Source: an uncultured bacterium (GTDB lineage: Bacteria; Fidelibacterota; Marinisomatia; Marinisomatales; UBA1611). From it: a DNA stretch of 64,000 nucleotides. The position numbers were made by a program, and so were the translations under genes. The stretch is taken from the NCBI GenBank assembly GCA_965660855.1, contig CBFIBM010000004.1:1-64000 (forward strand), written 5' to 3'. The notes below the pieces were generated by a model. It saw only the letters and a program-made list of their open reading frames with translations, did not search any database and was not told where the DNA came from. Below, piece after piece: positions 27,910-37,672 of the stretch (position 1 is the first letter of the stretch; the number at the start of each line of letters is the position of its first letter).

Positions 27910-28277
27910 TTATAATTCTAATTCAAAACCACCTACCGGAGTAAAATCAAAATATTGTACTAGATCCACTTTTTTTGATGCTTCACTTCAAAAATATGTT
28001 TTTAACTTCTTCCGATTATATGCATCTGTTCTGATCCAAACATCCGCTATAGACTTTATTTTTAAAGTAATATGATTTACAGAAATGAATAATTTTGTGG
28101 AGTTATGAAATACCCATCAGTATCTGAAATTGAACTAAATTTTGTACCTTTAATCATTATATTAACATCTAAAAGTAAAAGTTGATTTTCGAGATCAAAA
28201 ATCTTCCTTTTCACAATTCCTTGTGAAGTATTATTAGAAAAAGAAAAATTAAAATCAAATATAATCTTTAGAACCAA
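27910..28277 (-). pseudogene. Collapsed TonB-dependent-receptor-like relic
   Basis: Degenerate carboxypeptidase-regulatory-like N-domain (GIVKRKIFDLENQ..L.DVNIMIKGTK...ISDTDGYF), frameshift, internal TGA, then C-terminal strand YFDFTPVGGFELEL*. Confidence 0.6.
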
Positions 28278-28288
28278 AAATTTTATTA

Positions 28289-30070
28289 TTAAAAAATTTC
28301 TGGAAAATTAATATCAAATATAGAAGGTAATTTATCTTGTAGATTTACCCCAAAAATAAGTCCAATAGTAGTCCAATATGTTTTTGAATCCTCATTTATT
28401 ACACCAGAAACATAGTGAAGCTGAGTATTAAACCCAATTATCAGCGGTGTTGGGAGTAGATTAAAAACGTTTGAATTTGCAATTGTAAAACCATAACCTG
28501 GAGATATCAGTCCTCCACCCACTTTAATCCCTGTTTCAAGAGTAGGAGGAATCCAAAACCACCCTAATCTAGGATTTATTTGAGCAGTTAAATAATAGGA
28601 TATTGTTTGAAATTTTTGTTCATCAATATCATAGTCAAAGTTAAATCTATTTATTTCAAGACCTATATCAATTGGGGTTTCTCCAATTGAAAACAATTTT
28701 CTTCGACCTAAGGAAAAAGCATAATTTATACCATGATCATGGTTTCCTAATGTTTTTTCTACAAAAAATGGTTGGCCATAAGATAATGTCAAAAAAGATT
28801 TAGGTGTTGACCCAAGTATAGAGTCTTGAAGTGCTATTTTTGCCTGTCTCGCTAATTTTCTTGCCTCTTTTCTATCATCCTTTGCTTTTTTCTTTTCAGA
28901 TTTAGCTTGTTTTCTAGCATAATCTTCCACTTCTTTTGTTTTTTCTATTGCTCCAAGTGTTGCAGTCGCTGCTGCTGCCTCCAAACGAGCTAGCTCTGCG
29001 TCTCTTTCAGCGTCATACATTTTTTCTATTGCTTTTTGAGCTTTATCTTTAGCTTCATTCATTTTTTTTGCGAAAGCTTCAACATTTCTTGCTTCTTTTT
29101 CCGCTTTCTTTAAAATTTTTGCAGTTTCTTTTGCTAATTCATTTGCTTTAATTAGCTCTTCATTTGCTTTAACTAGCTCTTCATTTGCTAATTTTAAAGC
29201 CTCTTCTGCTCTTTTTGAGAACTCAATCGCTAAATTAATATTGTTAATGTCTTTTAAACCATGATCAATAATTTTTTCACCATCCCATTCATATCTATAA
29301 GCATATTTGTCAGGTTTATAGTAAGGTATAATTTTTCTTTCAAGTTCTTTGTTTTTTTTATTTGAAATAATTCTCACTGTTTCTTCGTTTATACGATCAT
29401 GCAAGAACTCTACTGTTTTAATTAAATTATTTTCTGAATTAAAATACTGTATCATCCTTAAATAAGAACCTTTCTCCCAAAATAATAAATGTCTTCCCAC
29501 AAAATTTTCATCAGAGTCAAAATAAGAGGATTCTACGACTTCAGAAATTTTATCATTATTTTTTTCAAAAGTATAATTAAAATTATATGAAAAATATTGA
29601 TAACCAATTTCATCTTTAAATAAAACCTTTTTTGGTCGTCCATCGCTCCGACTTCTAAATTCTGCAATCCAACCGGGTCTTACATAGCTTAATTGATTTG
29701 CATATAAATTTTTATCCAATCTCGATGTATTACCTGTGGTATGAAATTCTACCTTGTATTCAGATCTTGCTCCTGATTTTGACCATTTTAAGTGATATGT
29801 TTCTTTTGGATTTCTATCTTCTCCAAATTTTATAACTTTTTTTATCCTCTTATCTTTATTGTATTGAACTTCATAGTATTCTTGACCATAAAAACTTTGA
29901 GGTTCTCCTTTTAGGTCTAAAACTCTTCTATATGGATTCCAATATTTGTAATATGAAATTGAAGCCGACTTAGATATTTTATTTTCTACAATATCATTTA
30001 TTCCAAAAAGGTAAGATACAAAAAGAAAAACGAAAAAAAAAATAACTGAAAATTTCAGGCTAATCCCCAT
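28289..30070 (-). CDS. Hypothetical envelope protein: beta-rich N-domain, long Ala/Lys/Glu coiled coil, C-terminal beta-barrel-like domain
   Basis: Signal-like N-terminus; Tyr/Gly beta-hairpin repeats; about 140-aa coiled coil; amphipathic strands at the C-terminus. Confidence 0.75.
   Translation of the reverse strand: MGISLKFSVIFFFVFLFVSYLFGINDIVENKISKSASISYYKYWNPYRRVLDLKGEPQSFYGQEYYEVQYNKDKRIKKVIKFGEDRNPKETYHLKWSKSGARSEYKVEFHTTGNTSRLDKNLYANQLSYVRPGWIAEFRSRSDGRPKKVLFKDEIGYQYFSYNFNYTFEKNNDKISEVVESSYFDSDENFVGRHLLFWEKGSYLRMIQYFNSENNLIKTVEFLHDRINEETVRIISNKKNKELERKIIPYYKPDKYAYRYEWDGEKIIDHGLKDINNINLAIEFSKRAEEALKLANEELVKANEELIKANELAKETAKILKKAEKEARNVEAFAKKMNEAKDKAQKAIEKMYDAERDAELARLEAAAATATLGAIEKTKEVEDYARKQAKSEKKKAKDDRKEARKLARQAKIALQDSILGSTPKSFLTLSYGQPFFVEKTLGNHDHGINYAFSLGRRKLFSIGETPIDIGLEINRFNFDYDIDEQKFQTISYYLTAQINPRLGWFWIPPTLETGIKVGGGLISPGYGFTIANSNVFNLLPTPLIIGFNTQLHYVSGVINEDSKTYWTTIGLIFGVNLQDKLPSIFDINFPEIF
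29138..29190 (-). repeat. 21-nt tandem repeat (about 2.5 copies) encoding heptads ANEEL(V/I)K
   Basis: TTCATTTGCTTTAA(T/C)TAGCTC repeated on the + strand. Confidence 0.8.
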
Positions 30071-30930
30071 GCCATTAATATTATCATAGTTAAGAATAAT
30101 GAAAAACCTATAAATCCACCTGTTTTGAACTTATTATTAAAATCTATCACTTCTCTATCTAATGTTTGATAGTTTAAAGCAATTGTTTCATGCTTTCCCT
30201 CATCTACAAACACATCTAAACGCCCCATAACCAAAATATCATTTAACATTTTATCTTTACTTGTTAACGAATTCGAATCCCGAGTATAATCATTAGAAAA
30301 ATATCCAACCTTATGCCAACCAGGGAGCACATCAACGTAATTTTTCAGGGGTGAATAACCTACTAATTGGTTATCTACATAAATAGGTAAGCCTTCTGTA
30401 TCACAAAGAATTTCTAATGTTGTACGCATACGTGAATCTTTCCATGACGTAGGGTGATATTTTTTCTGAGCGTTTTTCAGCTCAGGAAAAACATACGATG
30501 GGTTTACGTTTTTTTGCTCGACAAAATCAGAATAAGTTAATACAAGTACTACCTCTTGACCTTGGTCATCAAACATTACATCAAACATTCCAATACTACG
30601 ACTAATCTGTATTGATAATTGTAATGAGTTTTGAGACCAAACTTGTTGAACTTCTTGAATTGGATATGAAACCATCTCTTCAAAAAAAGCCGAATTAGGT
30701 TTAATAATATTATAAAAATTAATTATGAACCAGTTTTCCTGTTCTATCCAACTAGAAACATCTGCTTTTTCTATATAACTAGAGAAAACGAACTCTATTT
30801 TTACTCCTTTTTCTATAGATTGAACTTTTGAAGATAAAATAGTTGGAATATCCTGAGAAAATAAAAGTCTAACAAAAATAATAAATGCTATAATTCCCCG
30901 ATAAATTTTAAACGGGAAGACAACATTCAT
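30055..30930 (-). CDS. PEGA-domain protein with AMIN-like N-domain and C-terminal TM
   Basis: LEILCDTEGLPIYVDNQLVGYSPL...DVLPGWHKV; C-terminal hydrophobic helix. Confidence 0.75.
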   Translation of the reverse strand: MNVVFPFKIYRGIIAFIIFVRLLFSQDIPTILSSKVQSIEKGVKIEFVFSSYIEKADVSSWIEQENWFIINFYNIIKPNSAFFEEMVSYPIQEVQQVWSQNSLQLSIQISRSIGMFDVMFDDQGQEVVLVLTYSDFVEQKNVNPSYVFPELKNAQKKYHPTSWKDSRMRTTLEILCDTEGLPIYVDNQLVGYSPLKNYVDVLPGWHKVGYFSNDYTRDSNSLTSKDKMLNDILVMGRLDVFVDEGKHETIALNYQTLDREVIDFNNKFKTGGFIGFSLFLTMIILMAWGLA

Positions 30931-30936
30931 TTTTTT

Positions 30937-32475
30937 TTATTCTTCCTCTTCTTCCGTAGCAAGGTTAATTCGAACTTTTTGAGTTTTACCTTGAGGAACA
31001 TATATATCTTGATAATCTGGGATTGCCATTGCGTATTTTTGAGGGGGTGCATTTGGGTTAATAACTCGAACTCGATGCCAGCCTGGAGTAACTGTTAATT
31101 TTTTTGGCAATGGAGTCTTCCCTATTAGAGTTCCATCAATAAAAACATTTGCTCCATCTAAATTGCAAGATAACTTAAGAAATGTTTTCCTTGCAGTCAT
31201 GTCAGTAGGTAACAACCTAACTTCTTCAGAATTTTTTAATTTTCTAGTAACTCTTTTTATTTCTGTTTTAACAGGGGTTTGGTTTAAAAGTTCTTTAGCA
31301 GTTTGGTGTTCTTTTTGTATTAAACTTCCAAAGTTATTATCCATAACAACACGAAGATCTTTATTAAGTGGTCCTAAATCATTATCACTTTTTGTAGTTT
31401 TTAATACTTCTCTTTGAGATTTTTTCTTCACAACTACTGATTTTTCGCCAGATAACGCTCTTAATAATTCTCTATAGGTTTCATCTCCTACAACACCATC
31501 AACATTAAAACTGTTAAACCCTCTATCTAATTGAAATTGTATGACTGCTGCTTCTGTAGCTGGACCAAAATCGCCATCAATTCCATCACTCCCTATACCC
31601 GAAGAGCCAAGGTAATACCCAAGTGATAAGAGTGATTTTTGTAATATTTTTACTTCTTTAGGTCTGTTTATGCCTGAAAATAACAAACCATTTTCAAGAA
31701 TATTTGAGATGTCTATTGATTCAACTTCTCTCTTCTGGGGTTCAGGTAATGGTGGCCCACTTACTTCTATTTTTTTCTTCTTAACTATCAACGGTTTTGG
31801 ATCTTTTGGAAGTATTCGATCCTCTTTTTTTCTTTTTGAAGCAGATTCTACAAAATCAGAGCCCTTTTTAACTCTGTCTTCTTCGTTTATTTTGTTTGGA
31901 TCGTCTTCAGTAGAATACCAGTTATTATACCACACAAAGTATTTTTCAGAACCATATTTTTCTTTTGCATAAACAAAAGAATCGTAGAATGGTGATCCTT
32001 TGGATTCATTTTTTGGCAGAGAAAAAACTCTATTTTGGTTGACTTCTTCTGAAGATCTCAACTCATACCTTACGCTATCATTTAAAGATTCCCAGACTTG
32101 AATTAAGATTACTCGGCTTGCATTTGAATGGAATATTTCAAAATCTTCAATGGGTTTTTCAAATAAATACCCTAATTGCACTGATTCATTATTTTCTGTT
32201 ATTTCAATGTCAATTAATGGGGGTTCAAACGTAATATAGTCTCTTGATGATGAGCTAAGTCTGGTACCGTTTAATGTAATATAAAACCAATTCTCCTGCC
32301 CTTTCCAACCGGCAATATTTTCAATTTCAAGGATTGTACTTGTAACAATCCTTAATAAAGTTCCATTATTTTTTTTATGCGTTGTAATCAACTGGACTTG
32401 GTTAGAAAAGACAAATGAAAAGCAAAAAAATAAGATTGCAGAGCATAATTTGATATTTGATTTCTTAAATTTCAT
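30937..32475 (-). CDS. Secreted protein: AMIN-like N-domain, PG_binding_1 domain, PEGA domain
   Basis: EVKILQKSLLSLGY...IDGDFGPATEAAVIQFQ....VDGVVG.ET; LSCNLDGANVFIDGTLIGKTPL...VTPGWHRVRV. Confidence 0.88.
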   Translation of the reverse strand: MKFKKSNIKLCSAILFFCFSFVFSNQVQLITTHKKNNGTLLRIVTSTILEIENIAGWKGQENWFYITLNGTRLSSSSRDYITFEPPLIDIEITENNESVQLGYLFEKPIEDFEIFHSNASRVILIQVWESLNDSVRYELRSSEEVNQNRVFSLPKNESKGSPFYDSFVYAKEKYGSEKYFVWYNNWYSTEDDPNKINEEDRVKKGSDFVESASKRKKEDRILPKDPKPLIVKKKKIEVSGPPLPEPQKREVESIDISNILENGLLFSGINRPKEVKILQKSLLSLGYYLGSSGIGSDGIDGDFGPATEAAVIQFQLDRGFNSFNVDGVVGDETYRELLRALSGEKSVVVKKKSQREVLKTTKSDNDLGPLNKDLRVVMDNNFGSLIQKEHQTAKELLNQTPVKTEIKRVTRKLKNSEEVRLLPTDMTARKTFLKLSCNLDGANVFIDGTLIGKTPLPKKLTVTPGWHRVRVINPNAPPQKYAMAIPDYQDIYVPQGKTQKVRINLATEEEEE

Positions 32476-34210
32476 CTAACGCTTTTTGTAATTTAGTTAG
32501 TTCCTTAAGCTCAAAATCAGAATCTTGACCTTTTAATTCTTTTTCTCTAATTTGAATTCTAATATTTTTAATCTGTTGTTTGATAGGTTCTGATTTTAAG
32601 ATTTTTAAACAGTCACTTACAATTTCTTCAGTTAAAATATTTTTTTCTGCTTCAAAAAGTATTTTTGCAATAAAGTTTCTTTCATTAATATTATTGAATT
32701 GCTCTATTATACTAGAAGATTTTACTTCTAAATTTTCATTTAATAAATACCGAGCTAATTTTTTTAACGATTTATTTGTAAATAAATTAATTGAAACATT
32801 AGCTATAGCATAATCTCTTATATTTTTATCTTCATTAGAAAGTAATTTAATTAATTCAAGCTGAGCTTTTTCTATTTTTGTAGTAAAAAGCTCTTCTTCA
32901 TGAGTTGAGTCATCTTTTCCAGCTTGATATGTCGTTCTTATATTCTGACTCTTCAAAGTCTGCATTAAATCTTTGGTGTCAACTTGCATTCTTTCCGAAA
33001 AAATTCGAATCATCTCATTTTTAATTATGATATCCTCAATACTGCTGATCTCTTTTACAAATTCAATTATGTAATTACGCCGGTCAGAGCCCTGAAGAGA
33101 AAGAGCTTGATTATGTTCTAAATGAAAATCCAAATATGATTTAGGAGAATTAATTTTACTTATTACATTTTCTTTTTTTTCATTTGTAATCCAATCATCA
33201 GGATCCATTCCCTTCGGAGGGCGAACAATTAGTGGTTCAATTCCTGATCGAAATAAAACCCAACCAGTCTTAATTGTAGCATTTGCTCCCGCATTATCCC
33301 CATCAAAAAGTAATATGACTTTCTCCGCAAATCTATTAATGATAGCCCCGTGTCTTTCTGTAAAAGAAGTTCCCGAGACAGCGATTACATTATGAACTGA
33401 ATTTTGATATAATTTAAGGTAATCCATATACCCCTCAACAAGGATTGCAAAACCTTTTTTCCGAATTGAATCACGAGAAGTATTTAATCCATAAAAAACA
33501 TCACTCTTTCTATAAAGTGGCGTTTCGGGAGAGTTTAAATATTTTGCTATATCATCAACATCATATATCCGTCCACCAAATGCAATTACCTTTCCCGATG
33601 AGTTAAAAATCGGAAACATAACTCTTGACCTAAATCGATCAAATATTCCTTTATCAGAGTTGCTAAATAATCCTGATTGAACTATTTGTGATTTAGAATA
33701 ACCTTTACCTTTACATTTCTTTACTAACTGATCCCAACTATTTATTGCAAAGCCTATTTTAAATTGAGTAATAATGTCCTCGGTTAAACCTCTGCTTTTT
33801 AAATACGATAAAACTTTTATATTTTTTGAAGAAAATAAATTTTTCTGATAAAGGCTTGTTGCAATTTCATGTAGTTCATATAAAGAAGAAAATAATTCAT
33901 TAGGGCCTTTAGATTCTTCAATCTGGATTGGAATATTATATCTTTCTGCAAGAATCTTTATTGATTCAGGGAATGGAACTTTTTGATACTCCATTACAAA
34001 TGAGAAAACATTTCCGCCAACACCACAACCAAAACAGTGATATATTTGTTTAGATGGAGCAACACTAAAAGAAGCTGTTTTTTCTCCATGGAATGGGCAT
34101 AAACCAAAATAATTTGAGCCTCTCTGTTTTAAATCTACAAATTGAGATACTACATCTAAGATATCTGCTGAATCTCTTACTCTTTCAATAATATCTTGAG
34201 ATATTTTCAC
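32465..34210 (-). CDS. dnaG: DNA primase
   Basis: CPFH..KTASF, CFGCG zinc finger; KYLNSPET, VEGYMD, FDGDNAG, DPDD. Confidence 0.97.
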   Translation of the reverse strand: MKISQDIIERVRDSADILDVVSQFVDLKQRGSNYFGLCPFHGEKTASFSVAPSKQIYHCFGCGVGGNVFSFVMEYQKVPFPESIKILAERYNIPIQIEESKGPNELFSSLYELHEIATSLYQKNLFSSKNIKVLSYLKSRGLTEDIITQFKIGFAINSWDQLVKKCKGKGYSKSQIVQSGLFSNSDKGIFDRFRSRVMFPIFNSSGKVIAFGGRIYDVDDIAKYLNSPETPLYRKSDVFYGLNTSRDSIRKKGFAILVEGYMDYLKLYQNSVHNVIAVSGTSFTERHGAIINRFAEKVILLFDGDNAGANATIKTGWVLFRSGIEPLIVRPPKGMDPDDWITNEKKENVISKINSPKSYLDFHLEHNQALSLQGSDRRNYIIEFVKEISSIEDIIIKNEMIRIFSERMQVDTKDLMQTLKSQNIRTTYQAGKDDSTHEEELFTTKIEKAQLELIKLLSNEDKNIRDYAIANVSINLFTNKSLKKLARYLLNENLEVKSSSIIEQFNNINERNFIAKILFEAEKNILTEEIVSDCLKILKSEPIKQQIKNIRIQIREKELKGQDSDFELKELTKLQKALDEI

Positions 34211-34212
34211 TA

Positions 34213-34740
34213 TTAAGGCTTTGTAAACTTTTTAATATAAGACTCACTTAATACAATTGGGTCTTCCCAGTGAAAAAATGAAATAATCATCTCCCTTGCT
34301 TCATTACCTGCTTTTGCTAATCGTGAGTTATTATCAATAAAAATTGTCCATTTTGGAAGTGGTAATATTGCTATTAACCATATAAAGACAATTAATGTAA
34401 AACTTCCTTTTATTGATCCAAAAAAGAATCCTAAAGATTGATTGATTAATTGATTTCCACCAGTTAGAAAAGCAATTTTAACAAGCCTTGTAAATATTCG
34501 TCCAATAAATATTACACCCACAAAGATGATTGAAAAAGATAAGAATATAGATAGCCAATAATCAGTTTGCACTAGATTTAAAATCTTTATAGAAAGATTT
34601 GAACTATTAGATATTGATATCATAATCGCTGCAACTAGCCCTATCAGTCTACCCAGTTCTTCTATTAAACCATTTTTATAACCCTTAACACCCCAAAATA
34701 GAATAAATATGACAGCTATGCTATCAAGCAGCCAATGCAT
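34213..34740 (-). CDS. cvpA: CvpA family membrane protein
   Basis: LD.......G...GLI.E, NQSLG..FG..KG. Confidence 0.88.
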   Translation of the reverse strand: MHWLLDSIAVIFILFWGVKGYKNGLIEELGRLIGLVAAIMISISNSSNLSIKILNLVQTDYWLSIFLSFSIIFVGVIFIGRIFTRLVKIAFLTGGNQLINQSLGFFFGSIKGSFTLIVFIWLIAILPLPKWTIFIDNNSRLAKAGNEAREMIISFFHWEDPIVLSESYIKKFTKP

Positions 34741-35199
34741 TTAACTCAGCAATTCTCTCAAAACTTGGTTAGCTATTTTCCCATCGATAGAGCCTCCACC
34801 ACGTTTCATAATAAGAGGCATTATCTTACCTATTTCTGAAATATCGATTACCCCTGTTTCATGGATTAAATCCTGTACAAGAGTTTTTATTTCATCTTGA
34901 CTCATAGCTTTAGGTAGGTATCTCTCAAATATTTTAAGTTCAGTTTTTTCTTTTAATGCCAAATCATTTCTTCCTGCTTCTTCGTAGATTGAGTATGATT
35001 CTTTCCTTTGTTTTACTAGTGTTTTTAGGACACTCATTCCATCTTTTTCAGATAAATTACCTCCTAAACTAATTTCTTTATCTTTTAATTTTGCTAGTAA
35101 ATTTCTCAAAGCTATTACTCTCTCTTTTTCCTCAAGTTTCATAGCTTCATACATATCAACTTTTATTTTTTCATTAAATTTCATTTTAACTCTTATCAA
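34741..35199 (-). CDS. GatB/YqeY domain protein
   Basis: VKQRKES...Y..AGRNDLA.KE..E......YLP, GKIM, DGK. Confidence 0.92.
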   Translation of the reverse strand: MIRVKMKFNEKIKVDMYEAMKLEEKERVIALRNLLAKLKDKEISLGGNLSEKDGMSVLKTLVKQRKESYSIYEEAGRNDLALKEKTELKIFERYLPKAMSQDEIKTLVQDLIHETGVIDISEIGKIMPLIMKRGGGSIDGKIANQVLRELLS

Positions 35200-36004
35200 C
35201 TCTTTTCATTCCTAAAAGTAGGTGGTCTTTGTTAGTTTCAAACCCAATGAATCTTCTACCATTCTTTTTACAAGTGAGTGCTACATCTCCAAAACCCATA
35301 AAAGGATCAAGCACCCAATTTAATTTAAAGCTACTTGCGTCTAGTATTCTCTCAAATAATTTTTGAGGGTAACGTCCACCATCATCGATTCCAAATGGCA
35401 AATCAATCCAAAGGTTTGATTCTAAATTGTGATTATTCTGATTTTCTTCATTTCTGTTTAACCCAACTGGATTTTGTTTAAAGAGAAAACCCTCTGTTTT
35501 AGTTGCATACCAAATATCAGAAATATGATTTTTCCAAGTTTTACTGCTGTCGCTTTGATTTACTTTACGCCAGGTAATTCTTGATTGTACATTGAATAAA
35601 TTACTTAATAATCCATGGTACATGCCTGAATATTGCCAAGGTGAGAATACATAAATTGCACCTGTGTTTTTCAATACTCTTTGTGCTTCTCCAAGCCATA
35701 AGTTATTCCATTCATAATATTGTTGCAATGTTTGCCCTAGCTCATTATCAGAAATATCACCCCATATGTCTTGAGGTGGATCTGCTATGATTAAATCTAT
35801 TGAGTCACTCGGTATTCGTTGGATTCCATCTAAGCATTTAGAGAGGAACATGCCTTCAAACATTTTCTCAATTGTCATATTAATGTCTTCTACAGTTCTA
35901 ATTGCTGGCAAATATTTATTTAAATCATCAATATTTAGCCCTGGATATGTTTCAAGGGGGTTTAAGGAAATTGATGATATTCTTTTTTCGGTGTTATTTG
36001 ACAT
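35186..36004 (-). CDS. Beta-class N6/N4 DNA methyltransferase homologue with degenerate motifs
   Basis: SIDLIIADPPQ, RVLK..G, VLDPFMGFG, GRRFIGFE. Confidence 0.85.
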   Translation of the reverse strand: MSNNTEKRISSISLNPLETYPGLNIDDLNKYLPAIRTVEDINMTIEKMFEGMFLSKCLDGIQRIPSDSIDLIIADPPQDIWGDISDNELGQTLQQYYEWNNLWLGEAQRVLKNTGAIYVFSPWQYSGMYHGLLSNLFNVQSRITWRKVNQSDSSKTWKNHISDIWYATKTEGFLFKQNPVGLNRNEENQNNHNLESNLWIDLPFGIDDGGRYPQKLFERILDASSFKLNWVLDPFMGFGDVALTCKKNGRRFIGFETNKDHLLLGMKRVDKS

Positions 36005-36205
36005 GATAAAATTTAAAAAAATAAAATAAAATGTTTTATAACTTTTACAATATGTTTTTTTATTAAAAAAAACGATTAACTAAATTTAACAATAAAACTA
36101 GAAGATTAATTTGTACTATTATAAACCCATTCAATAAATGGATTTGCAGAAAATTTAGCACGGTTAATAAAAAGATTATTTTTAGAATGAATGGAGCGTT
36201 AGAAA

Positions 36206-36751
36206 ATGAAAAAAATAATATTTTCTACTATATTAGCATTTAAAATTATATATGGAGGCGAAGTCTCTACTACTATTTCTGAGGTAGTTGTTAATGAATA
36301 TTTTACTATTGTGGGAGATCATCAAATTTTTGCAGGGAAAAAAGAGTCTCAAGCCCTCTGGTCTATAAAAAATCCTAGAGTTAAATTTAATGAAGGGAGC
36401 GCTGAATTTCTTGCAACAGTTTTATTTGAAAAAAATAAAGTTTATATCAAAAAAGATATAAAAAAATATGTAGATATTGAATATGATGAAAAACTTAATG
36501 AAATACAACTTTTAATCAAAAACGCTCTTGTAAAAATGGAACGTCGTGGAAAAGTACTTGGGAAGCTTGACCTAAGTCAAATTTATCAAACTGGACTAGT
36601 TTTTTCAGGTCCAAAATCACCAATTGATTTTTTTAAAATGAAAACAAAGTTAGGAAAAATAAAATTTGATGTTTTAATAAAAGATGAACGTATCTACTTT
36701 GAAAATGGACAGATTCGATTTGCACTTGATATTGACTACAATATTTTTTAA
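36206..36751 (+). CDS. Hypothetical secreted protein
   Basis: GGAG RBS, signal peptide, beta-rich body. Confidence 0.7.
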   Translation: MKKIIFSTILAFKIIYGGEVSTTISEVVVNEYFTIVGDHQIFAGKKESQALWSIKNPRVKFNEGSAEFLATVLFEKNKVYIKKDIKKYVDIEYDEKLNEIQLLIKNALVKMERRGKVLGKLDLSQIYQTGLVFSGPKSPIDFFKMKTKLGKIKFDVLIKDERIYFENGQIRFALDIDYNIF

Positions 36752-37629
36752 TGCAAATATTAACGACAAAACTACCTCTTTCTGGATGGTGGAGTACTGG
36801 AATTCCAAAATATGAAGATAACCCCGCTATGCAAGAAGGTAAAGTTCCCAACCTTAAAATTTTAAACAAAGAGCGTGACCAATTAATACGTATTATTCAA
36901 AAAACAGGCAACAAGGTCATTGAATTAGATTTCCCCAGTGAATTTGATCAAGAAGAACCACTTCATGATTTTGTTTTTATCAGAGACCCATTTATTTCAA
37001 ATCAAAAAGGGAAAATCGTTATTTTGAGGTCTGGAGAGCCTCTAAGGCGAAAGGAAAACCATTTAACAAAAAATATTTTAGAGAAGATGGGTTTTGCTCC
37101 TGAATCTATACCTGATAAACCAGGTATTAGAGCAGATGGTGGTGAATTTTATTTTTGTAGTAAAGGTGATATCCTTTTTGCAGGAATACAAAGAAATACA
37201 CGGGAAGGTATTTCAGCAGTTGCAAGTTTGTTAAATGTAAAAAAACTTCTTATCCTTGATGGGCTTGGATATCATTTAGATACTTTTTTCACACCAGCTT
37301 ATAATAGTGAGGGTTTTCTTGTTGCATTAATTGTTTGTACGAAAATACTATCTAATCAATCAAAAAAGGATTTATATAAATTTGCAGATAATGAAGATGT
37401 ACCGATCTATGATGTACCTCAAAATGATGCAATTGGAACAAAAAATAAACTTGGAAATTTTGCTGTAAATGCCCTACCACTACCAGGCGTTCTTATTAGA
37501 CCTCATAAATTTACCGATCCAACTATTGATGAAAAACTTTCTAAAATTGGTGTAAAGTGCATTATAACACCTACTACTCAATTTGAATTAAGTGGTGGCT
37601 CGATTCATTGCGTAACAAATGAATTATAA
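36751..37629 (+). CDS. Amidinotransferase/arginine deiminase/DDAH superfamily protein
   Basis: VFIRD, RRKE, DGGE, YHLDT, GGSIHCVT catalytic Cys. Confidence 0.88.
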   Translation: MQILTTKLPLSGWWSTGIPKYEDNPAMQEGKVPNLKILNKERDQLIRIIQKTGNKVIELDFPSEFDQEEPLHDFVFIRDPFISNQKGKIVILRSGEPLRRKENHLTKNILEKMGFAPESIPDKPGIRADGGEFYFCSKGDILFAGIQRNTREGISAVASLLNVKKLLILDGLGYHLDTFFTPAYNSEGFLVALIVCTKILSNQSKKDLYKFADNEDVPIYDVPQNDAIGTKNKLGNFAVNALPLPGVLIRPHKFTDPTIDEKLSKIGVKCIITPTTQFELSGGSIHCVTNEL

Positions 37630-37655
37630 AAAAGGGCATAAAAGCATGCCCTTTT
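37630..37655. terminator. Bidirectional intrinsic terminator
   Basis: AAAAGGGCAT-AAAAGC-ATGCCCTTTT between convergent genes. Confidence 0.85.
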
Positions 37656-37672
37656 CAAAAGATACTATAAGC

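Noticed and set aside
35186..36751. Restriction-modification system
   Set aside because: No endonuclease or specificity subunit; the divergent neighbour is a secreted protein
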